Of a DNA stretch of 64,000 nt, positions 18,115-29,539 are shown one piece after another; the stretch's first letter is position 1, and every line of letters starts with the position of its first letter. The translations under genes and the position numbers were made by a program. The notes under the pieces are model-generated. The model saw only the letters and a program-made list of their open reading frames with translations, did not search any database and was not told the origin of the DNA. This stretch comes from Spirochaetaceae bacterium (lineage in GTDB: Bacteria; Spirochaetota; Spirochaetia; WTKD01): contig WTKD01000014.1 in NCBI GenBank assembly GCA_011524535.1, forward strand, positions 28,519 through 92,518. The letters run 5' to 3'.

Positions 18115-18908
18115 GTTACTTTCCCCTTACGGTAGGCTCGAGAGAGCAAACGAGTTGCCAAGCGAGGAAAAAACGAATGCACCCAATACAATAGCCAGTG
18201 ACGAAATTCCATACCAACAAAAATGTGTTTCTTCTTTTTCCTGATACTTTTCCAAACCTTCTTTGCCACAATACCTGGCAGGACTGCTTTTTCTTGAGCC
18301 GGGTCTTGCTTTTCATATTTTGTATGATCACCTTGTAATGCATGAAACGAAATATTTGTTTTGCTAGCTCCCAATACAACATTGCTATGCCAAAAAAAAT
18401 CATCCTCAGATTCAGCCTGTAATGTTTCTGAAAACCTATCCAGGGCCGATTTTGCAGAAGAGTACCCAGCCCGGAGGGGTATTCCGTGTATACCCGCTAT
18501 ACTAGAAATGTACACAATATGAAAATCTTTGCGCTTTCTGACCTCCTGTTGCAAAAAATGGAGGGAAATCTGTACTATCGAAAGATAATTTAGGCGATAC
18601 AATTCAATGAACACCTGCATTTTTGTGTCTGCAATACGTGATCGTTGACTGACCCCGGCATTACATACAACGATGTCCGGACAACGAGGAAGGCTCTTCA
18701 GAGCGGTAGCCGTCGCCTCCTGATCCAAAAGATCAAAGACCAATATGTCCACCGATCCTGCTCCACGTTCTCGACAAGTGTTGGCAACTCGTTCCAAAGA
18801 TTCTTTGTTCCGTGCCGACAGGATGAGGTCGTATCCAGACGAAGCCACCGCATAGGCCAAAGCCTCACCTATACCTCGACTAGCTCCAGTAATCCATACA
18901 AGTGACAT
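18111..18908 (-). CDS. Short-chain dehydrogenase/reductase (SDR) family oxidoreductase
   Basis: TGASRGIG cofactor motif and YxxxK active-site region (YSSAK) are present. A 4-nt ATGA overlap links it to thyX. Confidence 0.8.
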   Translation of the reverse strand: MSLVWITGASRGIGEALAYAVASSGYDLILSARNKESLERVANTCRERGAGSVDILVFDLLDQEATATALKSLPRCPDIVVCNAGVSQRSRIADTKMQVFIELYRLNYLSIVQISLHFLQQEVRKRKDFHIVYISSIAGIHGIPLRAGYSSAKSALDRFSETLQAESEDDFFWHSNVVLGASKTNISFHALQGDHTKYEKQDPAQEKAVLPGIVAKKVWKSIRKKKKHIFVGMEFRHWLLYWVHSFFPRLATRLLSRAYRKGKVT

Positions 18909-18915
18909 TGACTGC

Positions 18916-19896
18916 CTAGCTTGGTTTGTTGTCCAATATCTCCTCTATGCTTTGCAAAACATCTGCCGTCAGAACATCTGTATAATCAAGGCTTTTAAGG
19001 TTTGATTCGATTTGTTCTACTTTTGAGGCCCCCATAATAACCGTGCTCACATCGGGGTTCTTTAATGCCCAAGCGATAGCCATATTCGGTAATGGTATGC
19101 CGAGCTCTGCAGCCAATTCGGTAAGCTTTCTTGTTTTTTTCAGATTCTCACCACCTTCATCGAGGATGCTCTTTCGTAGCCAATCGTATCCCGTCAACGA
19201 CAATCTTGAGCCTTCTGGGATTCCATTATTGTATTTTCCCGTAAGCAAACCAGAAGCAAGCGTCGACCATGTGGTAATACCTAGCCCTATCGTTTCATAC
19301 AATCGCTTGTATTCACTTTCAACCCTTTCTCTCCAAAGCATGCTGTATTGTGGTTGCTCCATCGTAGGTGGTATAAGATTTCTTTCACGTGCAATACCAT
19401 AGGCTTCCATAATTTCTTGGACCGACCATTCAGAAGTTCCCCAATAAAAGATTTTCCCTTGCCGTATCAAGGCAGTCATTGTTTCTACAACCTCTTCGAT
19501 TGGCGTGGTAGGATCTGGTCGGTGACAAAAATACAAATCGAGATAGTCTAATTGCAATCGTTTGAGTGCAGCATCGCATGCTTCGATTAGGTGTTTGCGG
19601 TTCAAACCAACCTGCGTAGGAAGTTTTTCCTTGGTGCTACCAAAATACACCTTACTTGAAACAATATAAGAATCACGTGGCCAGGATAATTGTTTTATTG
19701 CTTTCCCCATTATGATTTCGGACATACCGAAGGCGTAGGTTTCCGCATTGTCAAAAAAATTCACGCCATGATCATAGGCTGCCGCTAGACAATTTTTTGC
19801 ATGAGAAACCTGCATTTGATTTCCAAATGTGACCCATGAACCATAGGACAAAATACTGACCTTAAGACCTGATTTTCCTAAATTTTTATACTTCAT
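18916..19896 (-). CDS. Aldo/keto reductase (Kv-beta-like subfamily)
   Basis: The N-terminus MKYKNLGKSGLKVSxLSYGSW is typical of AKR / potassium-channel beta-subunit-like proteins. Confidence 0.8.
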   Translation of the reverse strand: MKYKNLGKSGLKVSILSYGSWVTFGNQMQVSHAKNCLAAAYDHGVNFFDNAETYAFGMSEIIMGKAIKQLSWPRDSYIVSSKVYFGSTKEKLPTQVGLNRKHLIEACDAALKRLQLDYLDLYFCHRPDPTTPIEEVVETMTALIRQGKIFYWGTSEWSVQEIMEAYGIARERNLIPPTMEQPQYSMLWRERVESEYKRLYETIGLGITTWSTLASGLLTGKYNNGIPEGSRLSLTGYDWLRKSILDEGGENLKKTRKLTELAAELGIPLPNMAIAWALKNPDVSTVIMGASKVEQIESNLKSLDYTDVLTADVLQSIEEILDNKPS

Positions 19897-19912
19897 GCTG
19901 TTCTCCTTATGA

Positions 19913-21061
19913 TTATAATGTTACATTCCTGGGGGTTGGTCCTATATACAATGCACCTGGTCGATAAATTCTATTGTCACTTCTTTGTTCTCGAACATGA
20001 GCAATCCAACCGCTAACCCGGGCTGCCCCAAACATAGGGGTGTAGAACGTGGGAGGTATGCCCAATTGCTCGTAAACAGAACCAGAAAAAAAGTCAACAT
20101 TTACATGTATCGGTTTATCACCAAGGTTCTCTCTTACTACCTTCTCTATGATTCGAAGTATAGTTATATTTGTCGTATTGTTATGCTCTTCGGAAACCAC
20201 TTCAAGTAATGTTTCAATAGCATTGGCACGCGGGTCTCTTGTTTTATATACCCGGTGACCAAGCCCCATTACTTTCTCTTTATTCTTTAATCGCTGTTTA
20301 ATCCACGTTTCAGTATGTTCTGGAGATGCTATAGCTGCCACCATTTGCATTACTTTTTCATTTGCGCCGCCATGCAATGGTCCGAATAAGGCTCCATAAC
20401 CCGCCGATACGGCGCTAACCGTTGGAGCAAGGGTTGAAGCAACAACCCGTGCTGTGAAGGTCGACGCGTTAAACCCGTGTTCGGCGTGAAGCGAAAGGCA
20501 TTGATCGAATGCCTTTGTTTCATTTTGGGTTGGAGTCTTACCCGACATCATATAGAGCATGTTTGCTGCATGCCCAAGGCTATCATGCGGTAGGATGATT
20601 GATTTTCCGTGATAACTCCTGTACACCATACTCGTTAGACAGCCTATCTGAGAAATAAGAGCAAGATCTCTGCCGCAAGAATCGCCATCAAGACCAAAAT
20701 CAGAAAATAATTTCTGCACACTAGACATATCAACCGGCACGTTTGTAAGCATCGGCACAAGCGATTGCATTACCTCCATTGGATGGAGCGATCGGGGCAT
20801 ACGCTGCACCGCATCAATCAAAGTCTGAGGAATAACTCTGGTTTTGCAAAGAAATTCACAAAACATATTTCTTTGTACCGTTGTAGGTAATTCACCAAAA
20901 TACAACAAAAAAGAAACATCCTCAAAATCTCTCTCTTGAAGCAAATCTTCTATATGATAACCGCGATAATATAGTTTCCCCTTTGCTCCATCAATAGAGC
21001 AAATGCCTGTTTCTGCAACAATGACACCCTCGAGCCCCCTAGAAAATTCGACTTTACTCAT
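19913..21061 (-). CDS. gltA: Citrate synthase
   Basis: GPLHGGANE signature motif at 382 aa. Confidence 0.85.
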   Translation of the reverse strand: MSKVEFSRGLEGVIVAETGICSIDGAKGKLYYRGYHIEDLLQERDFEDVSFLLYFGELPTTVQRNMFCEFLCKTRVIPQTLIDAVQRMPRSLHPMEVMQSLVPMLTNVPVDMSSVQKLFSDFGLDGDSCGRDLALISQIGCLTSMVYRSYHGKSIILPHDSLGHAANMLYMMSGKTPTQNETKAFDQCLSLHAEHGFNASTFTARVVASTLAPTVSAVSAGYGALFGPLHGGANEKVMQMVAAIASPEHTETWIKQRLKNKEKVMGLGHRVYKTRDPRANAIETLLEVVSEEHNNTTNITILRIIEKVVRENLGDKPIHVNVDFFSGSVYEQLGIPPTFYTPMFGAARVSGWIAHVREQRSDNRIYRPGALYIGPTPRNVTL

Positions 21062-21097
21062 AATATCCTCTTTCCTTGTTTAGAATTTAGAAATAAG

Positions 21098-22489
21098 TTA
21101 ATGCACTTTTTTTCCAATAATTCCCATCGATGCTTCTTTAAGCACCTCTGAAAGCGTTGGATGTGCATGAACAATTCTACGTAGATCTTCACTCGATGAG
21201 TCAAAATCCATCGCAGAAACTGCTTCAGCGATCAAATGAGAAGCTTGTGGTCCAAATATATGTATTCCCAATATGCGATCATTAGCTTTGGATGCAAGAA
21301 CTTTTACGAATCCAGTTGTATTATCCATGGCAATAGAACGACCATTCGCACTCATCAATGATTTGCTTTTTGCATACTCTATGTTTTCTTCTTTTAATTG
21401 CTCTTCTGTCTTGCCCACGGATGCAAGTTCGGGCGCCGTATACACAACATTGGGAATTGTTTCCTGACGTAATCGTGAAGAAACCCCGTTGATTCGTTCA
21501 ATGAACACAACCGCCTCTTCTAATGCTTTATGAGCAAGCATTGGCCCCGGAATAATATCACCTATAGCGTATACGTTTTCTACACTCGTCTGATAATTCT
21601 CATCTACTGCAAGCGAACGTCCCCCCGGAGTATATGCCAAATCGAGTGATTCAAGATTGAACCCAGAGAGTCTTGGTTTGCGCCCAACCGCTACCAAAAC
21701 ATTATCCCCTACATAGGCATCTCCACCATCTTCAGTATGTAGATAAACCTTCTTTTTCTGTGTTTCCGCTTTGCTTACCCTGGCATTCAAAACAAAGTTC
21801 AGACCCTGCTTTTCAAACTCTTTGCGGGCCGATCTTGCCAGTTCTTTATCCCAACCCGGTAGAATCTCTCCCATCCCCTCTAACAGCGTTACCTTTGACC
21901 CGAGTCGAGCCCATACACTTCCAAGCTCTAAACCGATTACACCGGCTCCAATGATCACAAGCTCCTTCGGAATCGTCCTGAGCTCCAAAGCTTCATCAGA
22001 ACTAATAATGTTTTTCCCGTCAAAAGGAATACTCGGAATTCCCTGCACTTCGCTACCTGTTGCCAAAAGAAGTTTCTCACAGTGCACCTGTGTAGTTTCC
22101 TGTTTTGATCGTATCTCTACGGTATGAGCATCGATAATCCACCCCAGACCGTACAAAACGGTCACTTTGTTGTGTTTCATAAGAGTGCCTACCCCCTTGG
22201 TAAGCCTGTTTACGACGTCATCCTTGCGTTCCTGCAATGTTTTAATATCTATATGAAGATTATCTGCGATAATTCCATGTTTTTTTCCATGACTTGCGAT
22301 ATCGCTATATAATTCCGTTGAATGCAACAAAGCCTTGGATGGTATGCATCCTACATTTGCGCAGGTTCCCCCCAACGCTTCTCGCTCCTCTACGAGGGCG
22401 ACACTCATACCACTCTGCGCTGCATGAATTGCTGCGGTATATCCACCAGGTCCAGCCCCAATAATCAAAAGATCATATTTTTCTGACAT
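21098..22489 (-). CDS. lpdA: Dihydrolipoyl dehydrogenase (E3)
   Basis: GGTCANVGCIPSK redox-disulfide motif with an N-terminal FAD-binding GAGPGG. Confidence 0.9.
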   Translation of the reverse strand: MSEKYDLLIIGAGPGGYTAAIHAAQSGMSVALVEEREALGGTCANVGCIPSKALLHSTELYSDIASHGKKHGIIADNLHIDIKTLQERKDDVVNRLTKGVGTLMKHNKVTVLYGLGWIIDAHTVEIRSKQETTQVHCEKLLLATGSEVQGIPSIPFDGKNIISSDEALELRTIPKELVIIGAGVIGLELGSVWARLGSKVTLLEGMGEILPGWDKELARSARKEFEKQGLNFVLNARVSKAETQKKKVYLHTEDGGDAYVGDNVLVAVGRKPRLSGFNLESLDLAYTPGGRSLAVDENYQTSVENVYAIGDIIPGPMLAHKALEEAVVFIERINGVSSRLRQETIPNVVYTAPELASVGKTEEQLKEENIEYAKSKSLMSANGRSIAMDNTTGFVKVLASKANDRILGIHIFGPQASHLIAEAVSAMDFDSSSEDLRRIVHAHPTLSEVLKEASMGIIGKKVH

Positions 22490-22702
22490 GTGTATCCTCC
22501 CCTTATGATACTGACAATTGTTATTCTTGGTCCACAGATAACAGCTGCTATCACCTTTCTATGTAGGTGTTGGTCTCTTGCTCTCTTTGCCACATATACC
22601 AACCAATGCACCTCGAACTATCCGATGTTTTATTGATATACATGCATGTTTTTGATCTGCGTTACAGAGTCAACAGGTGGTGCAGTGGACACCAAAGAAA
22701 CA

Positions 22703-23908
22703 CTATAAATCGAGAAACATTCGTTCTGGGTATTCAATGGCATTTTTTATCGTCACCAGAAATCCGATAGCATCCTTCCCATCAAGGATTCGGTGATCAT
22801 AACTTAATGCCAAATACATCATCGGTCGTATAGTAATTTCATCATTCACTACCATCGGCCTTTTTTGTATCGTATGCATGCCCAGAACAGCCGACTGCGG
22901 TGGGCTTGGTATGGGTGTTGAGAGCATAGATCCGAATACACCGCCATTAGATATGGTAAAAGTTCCCCCAACAAATTCATCCGGCATAATTCTTTTGCTT
23001 TTTGCTCTTGTCCCAAAATCGACTATGCCCTTTTCAATATCTGCAAAACTTAATGCATCCGCATTACGTAATACCGGTACAAGGAGTCCGGCTGCGGTCG
23101 AAATGGCAACCCCAATATTGTAAAAATGATTATATATTATGTCAGTTCCGTCCACATAGGCATTCACATTTGGATATCTTTGCAAAGCGTGTATGGCTGC
23201 TTTGATAAAAAAGCTCATGAATCCAAGACGTACCTCATGTTTTTTCTCAAATTGGTCCTTGAATGTACTTCGCAATTTCATGACCCGGGACATATCCACT
23301 TCATTAAACGTGGTGAGATGAGCAGATTGCTGCTTTGATGAAACCAGATTCTCTGCAATTCTTTTGCGTAACGTCGTCATTGGGACTCTTTCTTGCGCAT
23401 CACTAATCGCAGAAGGAGCCTGTGGTTTTATCGGAGACGGTGGAGGCGTTTTAGGAATCTGTATAGGCTTCTGCGGGCTCTTATCTTTACCCTTAGAAGC
23501 AAGATAGGCTTCCACATCCTCTTTACTCAACCTGTTTTCTTTTTTTGACGGAATATCACTTGCATTGAGACCGTTTTGTTCGAGCAAGACGCGTACTGCT
23601 GGAGAAAGAGATATCTGAGTATCTGTCTTTTCAGGAGCGCTTTCAGAATCTTTTGCCTTGCTAGATGGTGCGGAAGAAGCCCCAGAAATATTTGCCACAA
23701 TTGCGCCTATTGAAACTTCTTCTCCCTCTTGGACAAGAATTTTTAATGTACCAGACTGCGGAGACGGAATCGGCAAGGTGGCTTTGTCTGTTTCAAGCTC
23801 GAACAGCTCTTGACCCTCTTCAACCACACTTCCATCTTCTATCAACCAGGTTGCAATAATACCGGATGATACAGATTCACCTACCTCTGGAACAACTACA
23901 TCACTCAT
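22703..23908 (-). CDS. sucB: Dihydrolipoamide succinyltransferase (E2 of 2-oxoglutarate dehydrogenase)
   Basis: Lipoyl domain (ETDKAT) and catalytic DHRxxDG motif are present, and sucA is adjacent. The start was set at the second Met ([12 protein letters not shown]). Confidence 0.8.
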   Translation of the reverse strand: MSDVVVPEVGESVSSGIIATWLIEDGSVVEEGQELFELETDKATLPIPSPQSGTLKILVQEGEEVSIGAIVANISGASSAPSSKAKDSESAPEKTDTQISLSPAVRVLLEQNGLNASDIPSKKENRLSKEDVEAYLASKGKDKSPQKPIQIPKTPPPSPIKPQAPSAISDAQERVPMTTLRKRIAENLVSSKQQSAHLTTFNEVDMSRVMKLRSTFKDQFEKKHEVRLGFMSFFIKAAIHALQRYPNVNAYVDGTDIIYNHFYNIGVAISTAAGLLVPVLRNADALSFADIEKGIVDFGTRAKSKRIMPDEFVGGTFTISNGGVFGSMLSTPIPSPPQSAVLGMHTIQKRPMVVNDEITIRPMMYLALSYDHRILDGKDAIGFLVTIKNAIEYPERMFLDL

Positions 23909-23964
23909 ATATGTCTCCTTGCTTTCAAACACTCTACATCACATAGCAGGTTAATATCAATGCA

Positions 23965-26781
23965 TTATGATGAAAATGATTCCTTTAAAATTCCTTCTAG
24001 CTCTAGCACATGCTTCTGATGCGAACCTTGCGCTGGGGACGAACTCGGCGCTCTTCCAACATATTCAAGGGGAATAGAAAAGCGAGCACGAAACTCTTCC
24101 GCAATATACAACCACGCACCGTGATTCTTTGCTTCTTCTTGTACCCATGTTACTTTTTTTAATTTTTTACACCTATCAAATACGCTCGATAGCTCTTCTT
24201 CTGGAAACGGGTATAGCTGTTCAAGCCGTATCAACGGTATTGCATAGGAATTCTTTTTGCGATAATTATACAAATCATAATACACCTTGCCCGAGCATAA
24301 AATCAGTGTTTCAGCATCCTGTATCTCTTCCAATTCGTATACAACATTTTGGAAATGCCCCGTGCATAACTCTTGTACGCTCGATTTCGCCTGCGGATGT
24401 CGTAACAATGCCTTTGGCGACATTACAATCAGTGGCAACCGAATGGTTTGATACACTTGTCGCCTAAGAAGATGAAAAAATTGCGCAGGAGTTGTGCAGT
24501 TTGCAATTTGCATGTTTTGATTCGCACAAAGAGACAGAAAACGTTCCAAATGAGCACTCGAATGCTCGGGCCCCTGTCCTTCATACCCATGCGGCAACAA
24601 TAGTACAAGTCCACAAGCACGTCGCCATTTCGACTCTCCAGAGCTGACAAATTGGTCTATAATCACCTGGGCTCCATTGGCAAAATCACCGAACTGAGCT
24701 TCCCAAATAATCAATGCATCGGGCTGAGTTAAACTATAGCCGTATTCAAAACCAAGAACCGAAAATTCAGATAATGGGCTATTGTGCACCGAAAACGGAG
24801 CTTGACCTTCAGAAATATGTTGTAGCGGGGTGTACTGTTTGGAATTTTCCGTTCTATGATCCCACCATTGCGCGTGTCGATGAGAAAACGTCCCTCTACC
24901 CGAATCTTCCCCGCTCAAACGCACGTGATATCCTTCTCTTACCAATGTTCCATAGGCAAGCGCTTCCGCAAATCCCCAATTGAGCCCCGTATCTTTCTCA
25001 AAAGATGCCTTGTTTTCATTCAACAATCGAGTCAATTTTGGATGAGGGTGAAAATTCGAAGGCGGCGTCGTCAACACATGGGCTACATTCGTCAAATTCT
25101 TTTTCTCCACTCCAGTTGCTATAGGTTTGAATGAATAATCGTTATGATATTTTTCCCACTCCCCTCGATATGGCGTTGCAACAATATCGTGTACCGAAAC
25201 ATTGCTTGCGATATCGAGCTCAGCCTTGAGGACATCTTGGTATTTTTTCTTAAATGTCTTTTGTTCTTGCTCTGAATATATTCCTGCATCAGCGAGTTTT
25301 TTTCCATACAATGTCGTCACACTTGGGTGTTCTCGAATCAATTTGTACATATGTGGGTGTGTAAAAGAAGGTTCGTCGCTTTCATTGTGTCCCCGCCTTC
25401 GGTAAGACACAATATCGATGATCGCATCCGTACCAAATTTTTGACGCCAAGCGAGCGCACAATCTATAGCAGAAATGGTTGCTTCAGGGTCATCCCCATT
25501 TACATGAAAGATGGGAATCTGGAGTGCCTTTGCGAAATCGGTTGCAAAATACGTAGACCGACCATCTCGAGGCGAAGTCGTGAATCCAATTTGATTGTTG
25601 ACGATGATGTGTATCGTTCCACCGGTCTTGTATCCACGCAAATGACTAAGATTCAGCGTTTCCGTCACCACTCCCTGTCCGATAAATGCTGCATCGCCGT
25701 GTATCAACAAGGGTATTGTTTTCTTTCTGTTGATATCTTTTCTCTTTCTCTGAATACCTCGAGCTTTTCCTTCAACCACCGGGTTGACTGCTTCCAGATG
25801 GCTTGGGTTTGCAACCAAGGATATGTGTACAGAGCGGTTTGTTTTTCTATCAACATAATCAAAACTGTGTCCTAAGTGATATTTCACATCACCGGTTCCA
25901 CCCACTTCGTGGTGAAAAGAACTCCCTACAAATATTGCAAATGTTTCATGGGCTGGTTTCCGAATACTGTTTGTAAACAAATTCAGCCTTCCTCTATGCG
26001 ACATACCAAGAACGATATCATTAACCTTGTAGTCAAGTGTATTTCTGATAAGATAATGCACTGCTGGTATAACAACCTCGGAACCTTCAAGAGAAAAACG
26101 TTTCTGTCCCACAAAGTTGCGCTGCACAAAAGCCTCAAATCCTTCAGCTTTGATAAGATCCTTCTGAATCCTGATTTTCAAATCAGGAACCATATCCTTC
26201 TTGTGTTTTGGTGATTCAATGCGGGTGAGTAGCCAATTGCGCATGGCAGTATTCCGTATATGCGAAAAATCGTACCCAACACTGCCACAATACATGGTGC
26301 GATATTCTTTCAAAATTGTTCGAAGAGGAACTTTTTCTCCCGCAAAAAAATCTCCCGCATAAAACAAAACATCATTATCTTCTTTACCGAGACCAAAAGC
26401 TTCAGGTTCAAGCCCTACACTCACACCCCGCACAATCATCTTGAGCCGTTGCATCTCTTTTGTTTCGTATTGTGCCAATGGATTTACGTGGGCATACAAG
26501 ACACCTATGTCACGATACGCTGCAATCATTGCATCTACCCGCCTCTGCTTATCCTCGCCTTCACGTGATGTGGAAATATTTGATCTTGCATGGGCAGGAG
26601 TCGAAGGCGATGCATCCGACTCAACGTACAGACTTGGCGCTACAACAGACAGAGCTTCAGGATCAGCCCCGTTCTTCTCCCAATGGGCAAAATACTCTTG
26701 CCAAGACCCTGGTACGGATGTCGGATCTTTACGCCATGATGTGTATAAATCTTCGATATAGGCAAGATTTATTCTGCTCAT
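23965..26781 (-). CDS. sucA: 2-oxoglutarate dehydrogenase E1 component
   Basis: 938-aa TPP-dependent E1 protein sitting between sucB and sucD. Confidence 0.9.
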   Translation of the reverse strand: MSRINLAYIEDLYTSWRKDPTSVPGSWQEYFAHWEKNGADPEALSVVAPSLYVESDASPSTPAHARSNISTSREGEDKQRRVDAMIAAYRDIGVLYAHVNPLAQYETKEMQRLKMIVRGVSVGLEPEAFGLGKEDNDVLFYAGDFFAGEKVPLRTILKEYRTMYCGSVGYDFSHIRNTAMRNWLLTRIESPKHKKDMVPDLKIRIQKDLIKAEGFEAFVQRNFVGQKRFSLEGSEVVIPAVHYLIRNTLDYKVNDIVLGMSHRGRLNLFTNSIRKPAHETFAIFVGSSFHHEVGGTGDVKYHLGHSFDYVDRKTNRSVHISLVANPSHLEAVNPVVEGKARGIQRKRKDINRKKTIPLLIHGDAAFIGQGVVTETLNLSHLRGYKTGGTIHIIVNNQIGFTTSPRDGRSTYFATDFAKALQIPIFHVNGDDPEATISAIDCALAWRQKFGTDAIIDIVSYRRRGHNESDEPSFTHPHMYKLIREHPSVTTLYGKKLADAGIYSEQEQKTFKKKYQDVLKAELDIASNVSVHDIVATPYRGEWEKYHNDYSFKPIATGVEKKNLTNVAHVLTTPPSNFHPHPKLTRLLNENKASFEKDTGLNWGFAEALAYGTLVREGYHVRLSGEDSGRGTFSHRHAQWWDHRTENSKQYTPLQHISEGQAPFSVHNSPLSEFSVLGFEYGYSLTQPDALIIWEAQFGDFANGAQVIIDQFVSSGESKWRRACGLVLLLPHGYEGQGPEHSSAHLERFLSLCANQNMQIANCTTPAQFFHLLRRQVYQTIRLPLIVMSPKALLRHPQAKSSVQELCTGHFQNVVYELEEIQDAETLILCSGKVYYDLYNYRKKNSYAIPLIRLEQLYPFPEEELSSVFDRCKKLKKVTWVQEEAKNHGAWLYIAEEFRARFSIPLEYVGRAPSSSPAQGSHQKHVLELEGILKESFSS

Positions 26782-26787
26782 AATTTA

Positions 26788-27657
26788 TCATCCGAGCGCT
26801 TTTTGTATTAGGGCAGGAATTTCGGAGGGCCGATCAGCCACAGGAACTCCAGCTGCATTCAAAGAAGCTATTTTCCCTTCCGGAGTTCCGCTTGAACCCG
26901 AAATGATAGCTCCCGCATGGCCCATTCTTTTTCCTGGAGGAGCTGTTCTTCCAGAAATAAAAGAAACAACAGGCTTTGTCATCGTTTTTTGTATAAATTC
27001 AGCTGCTTGTTCTTCTGCTTCTCCCCCGATTTCGCCGATGAGCACAACGGCATGGGTATCTGCATCTTTTTCAAATAAGGCTAGGGCATCGATAAAATTG
27101 GTGCCGATAATCGGGTCACCCCCTATTCCCACACACGTCGATTGGCCAATATTATTTTGACTGAGGTTATACACAACCTCATAGGTGAGTGTTCCACTAC
27201 GTGAAATAACACCAACATGGCCTGGCTTGTGTATATGCGCGGGCATTATTCCTATTTTGCATTTTCCTGGTGAAATGAGCCCAGGGCAATTCGGACCGAT
27301 TAGGCGAACATTACGCTCTTGTGTATAGCGATACATAGTAATCATATCCAAAACAGGTATGCCCTCGGTAATACAGATGATTAATGGAACAGATGCGTCA
27401 GCTGCCTCTTGTATTGCCTTCGCAGCGAAAGGTGCTGGCACGTATATGACGCTTGCATCTACTCTGTGATCTTTTTGTGCATCTTGAATCGAATTGTATA
27501 CGGGTACCCCCTCAACGGTCTGTCCTCCTCGCTTCGGTGTAACTCCTGCGACTATCGAGGTCCCATCTTTTAACATCGTGTTCGTATGGAAAGAACCATC
27601 TCTTCCGGTTATTCCTTGCACCAATACCTGCGTTTTTTGGTCTATCAATATGCTCAT
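26788..27657 (-). CDS. sucD: Succinyl-CoA synthetase alpha subunit
   Basis: CoA-binding N-terminus and phosphohistidine-loop region are present. An ATGA overlap links it to sucC. Confidence 0.9.
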   Translation of the reverse strand: MSILIDQKTQVLVQGITGRDGSFHTNTMLKDGTSIVAGVTPKRGGQTVEGVPVYNSIQDAQKDHRVDASVIYVPAPFAAKAIQEAADASVPLIICITEGIPVLDMITMYRYTQERNVRLIGPNCPGLISPGKCKIGIMPAHIHKPGHVGVISRSGTLTYEVVYNLSQNNIGQSTCVGIGGDPIIGTNFIDALALFEKDADTHAVVLIGEIGGEAEEQAAEFIQKTMTKPVVSFISGRTAPPGKRMGHAGAIISGSSGTPEGKIASLNAAGVPVADRPSEIPALIQKALG

Positions 27658-28787
27658 CTGTTCTCTCTCTCTCGAATGACGGCCTGTACGGCGTCGTCTA
27701 ATGTGCTCTCAACCTTCATTCCCTGTTCCTCCAGCAAAGCTCTCCCCTCGGTTTGATTTGTCCCGACCAAACGTACTACAAGGGGAACCGATACCGTGTA
27801 TCGTTCCAAAGCAACCAATAAACCACGAGCGATATCATCGCACCGTGTAATTCCTCCAAAGATATTTAGAAGTATCGCGTCTACTTTTGGATTGTCCAAA
27901 ATGATTCTGATTGCATTTACAACTTTGTCTGGATTCGAACTTCCTCCAACATCAAGAAAGTTGGCCGGCTCACCACCATAATATTTGATGATGTCCATGG
28001 TAGCCATTGCAAGACCAGCTCCATTGACTATACAGCCAATATTGCCGTCCATACTCACAAAGCTTAACCCATTTTCCCGGGCGTCCTCTTCTCCCTTTGC
28101 GTATTCTTCCAGGTTTTTGTATTTCACAATTTCTGGCTGTCGATATTGCGCATTATCATCTATGACCATCTTTGCATCGAGTGCCATAAGATGTCCATTA
28201 ACTCGCGCCAAGGGATTGATTTCAAGTAAGGAAGAATCGCTTTTTCTAAAAAGCTCAACAAGTTTATTTACAATATCTTTGCCCTCTTTGACCAATACTT
28301 CATCTTGAAACACATCCTTGTATACATCAGCCACCAATGCATCACTCAATCCATCTTCAAGAGAGAATGGAATTTTGTGGATTTTTTCAGGATCGGTTTC
28401 GGCTAATTCTTCAATATCAACACCACCCTCACGCGTAATCATGAGCACAACCTTTTTACTTGTTCTATCAACAATCAAACCGGCATAATATTCATGCTCT
28501 ATCTCCGCGGCTTCGGTAATGAGCAATTTCTCAACGGTCAAACCCTTGATGTCCATCCCCAAAATAGCAGTTGCTTTCTCGCGCACTTCTTCAGGAGAAG
28601 ACGCCAATTTCACGCCTCCAGCCTTTCCTCTACCACCAACCAGTACTTGAGCTTTCACAACAACCTGTTTGCCTATTTTTTGTGCGGCCGCTACCGCTTC
28701 ATCAACACTTTCAGCTACGTATTGTGTTGCGGTAGGTATCCCTACCTCTGCAAACAGTTCTTTTGCTTGATATTCTTGTAATTTCAT
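27654..28787 (-). CDS. sucC: Succinyl-CoA synthetase beta subunit
   Basis: N-terminus [12 protein letters not shown] with an ATP-grasp region. Confidence 0.9.
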   Translation of the reverse strand: MKLQEYQAKELFAEVGIPTATQYVAESVDEAVAAAQKIGKQVVVKAQVLVGGRGKAGGVKLASSPEEVREKATAILGMDIKGLTVEKLLITEAAEIEHEYYAGLIVDRTSKKVVLMITREGGVDIEELAETDPEKIHKIPFSLEDGLSDALVADVYKDVFQDEVLVKEGKDIVNKLVELFRKSDSSLLEINPLARVNGHLMALDAKMVIDDNAQYRQPEIVKYKNLEEYAKGEEDARENGLSFVSMDGNIGCIVNGAGLAMATMDIIKYYGGEPANFLDVGGSSNPDKVVNAIRIILDNPKVDAILLNIFGGITRCDDIARGLLVALERYTVSVPLVVRLVGTNQTEGRALLEEQGMKVESTLDDAVQAVIRERENR

Positions 28788-29527
28788 TATTCTCCCTTGT
28801 TAACCTTCTCTCCACGTTCTTTTCTGTATTTTTCCACTGTTCTTTTCGTTTGATTGATCAATTTAGTAATTTTTATGTCCCTTGGGCAAACCTTCGTACA
28901 TTCAAATTTCTGTTGGCAGCCCCACAGACCATTTGGATTATCCAATACATCAAGTCGCGCTTCAAGACCTTTGTCTCTACTATCGTTCACAAAACGTATC
29001 GCCTGGACCAATGCTTGTGGACCCAAAAAGTTGGGATTGGTTTCCAATATAGGACAGGCTGAATAACAAGCCCCGCAATTTATACATTTTGTGGCCTCGT
29101 CTATTCTCAAGCGATCTTCAGGAGATTGGATATATTCCTCGCTACCCGCTGGGCTCGCTGGAATGAAATAAGGGCGCACCTTTGAATATTTTTCCATGAA
29201 AACATCATGATTCACGATGAGATCCCGTTCAACTCCATAATGCCTAAGGGGTTCAACCGTTATTTTTGAATTTTGTTCATCGGTCACATCATGAATCAAT
29301 GTTTTGCAGGCCAATTTCTCAACCCCATTGATTCGCATAGCATCGGAGCCACAAACCCCATGCGCACAGCTTTTTCTGAATCCTAATGTACTGTCCTGGT
29401 TTTCTGAAACGTACAACAAGGCATCGATAACACGATCGTTTTCATCAACTTCTACGTCGTATTCAACGATATATGGTTCTTTGTCGGTCTCAGGATTAAA
29501 TCTTTCTACTGCTAGTGTTACATTCAT
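28787..29527 (-). CDS. sdhB: Succinate dehydrogenase / fumarate reductase iron-sulfur subunit
   Basis: 2Fe-2S (CxxxxCxxC...C) and two 4Fe/3Fe cysteine clusters are present (CINCGACYSACP, CTKVCP). Confidence 0.85.
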   Translation of the reverse strand: MNVTLAVERFNPETDKEPYIVEYDVEVDENDRVIDALLYVSENQDSTLGFRKSCAHGVCGSDAMRINGVEKLACKTLIHDVTDEQNSKITVEPLRHYGVERDLIVNHDVFMEKYSKVRPYFIPASPAGSEEYIQSPEDRLRIDEATKCINCGACYSACPILETNPNFLGPQALVQAIRFVNDSRDKGLEARLDVLDNPNGLWGCQQKFECTKVCPRDIKITKLINQTKRTVEKYRKERGEKVNKGE

Positions 29528-29539
29528 ATGTTTTACCCC

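Noticed and set aside
25327-25875. A 182-aa ORF on the plus strand inside sucA.
   Set aside because: It lies entirely antisense to a strongly supported 938-aa gene and has no motif. It is a typical spurious antisense frame. The same applies to 30326..31018 inside sdhA and 46589..46993 inside xylG.
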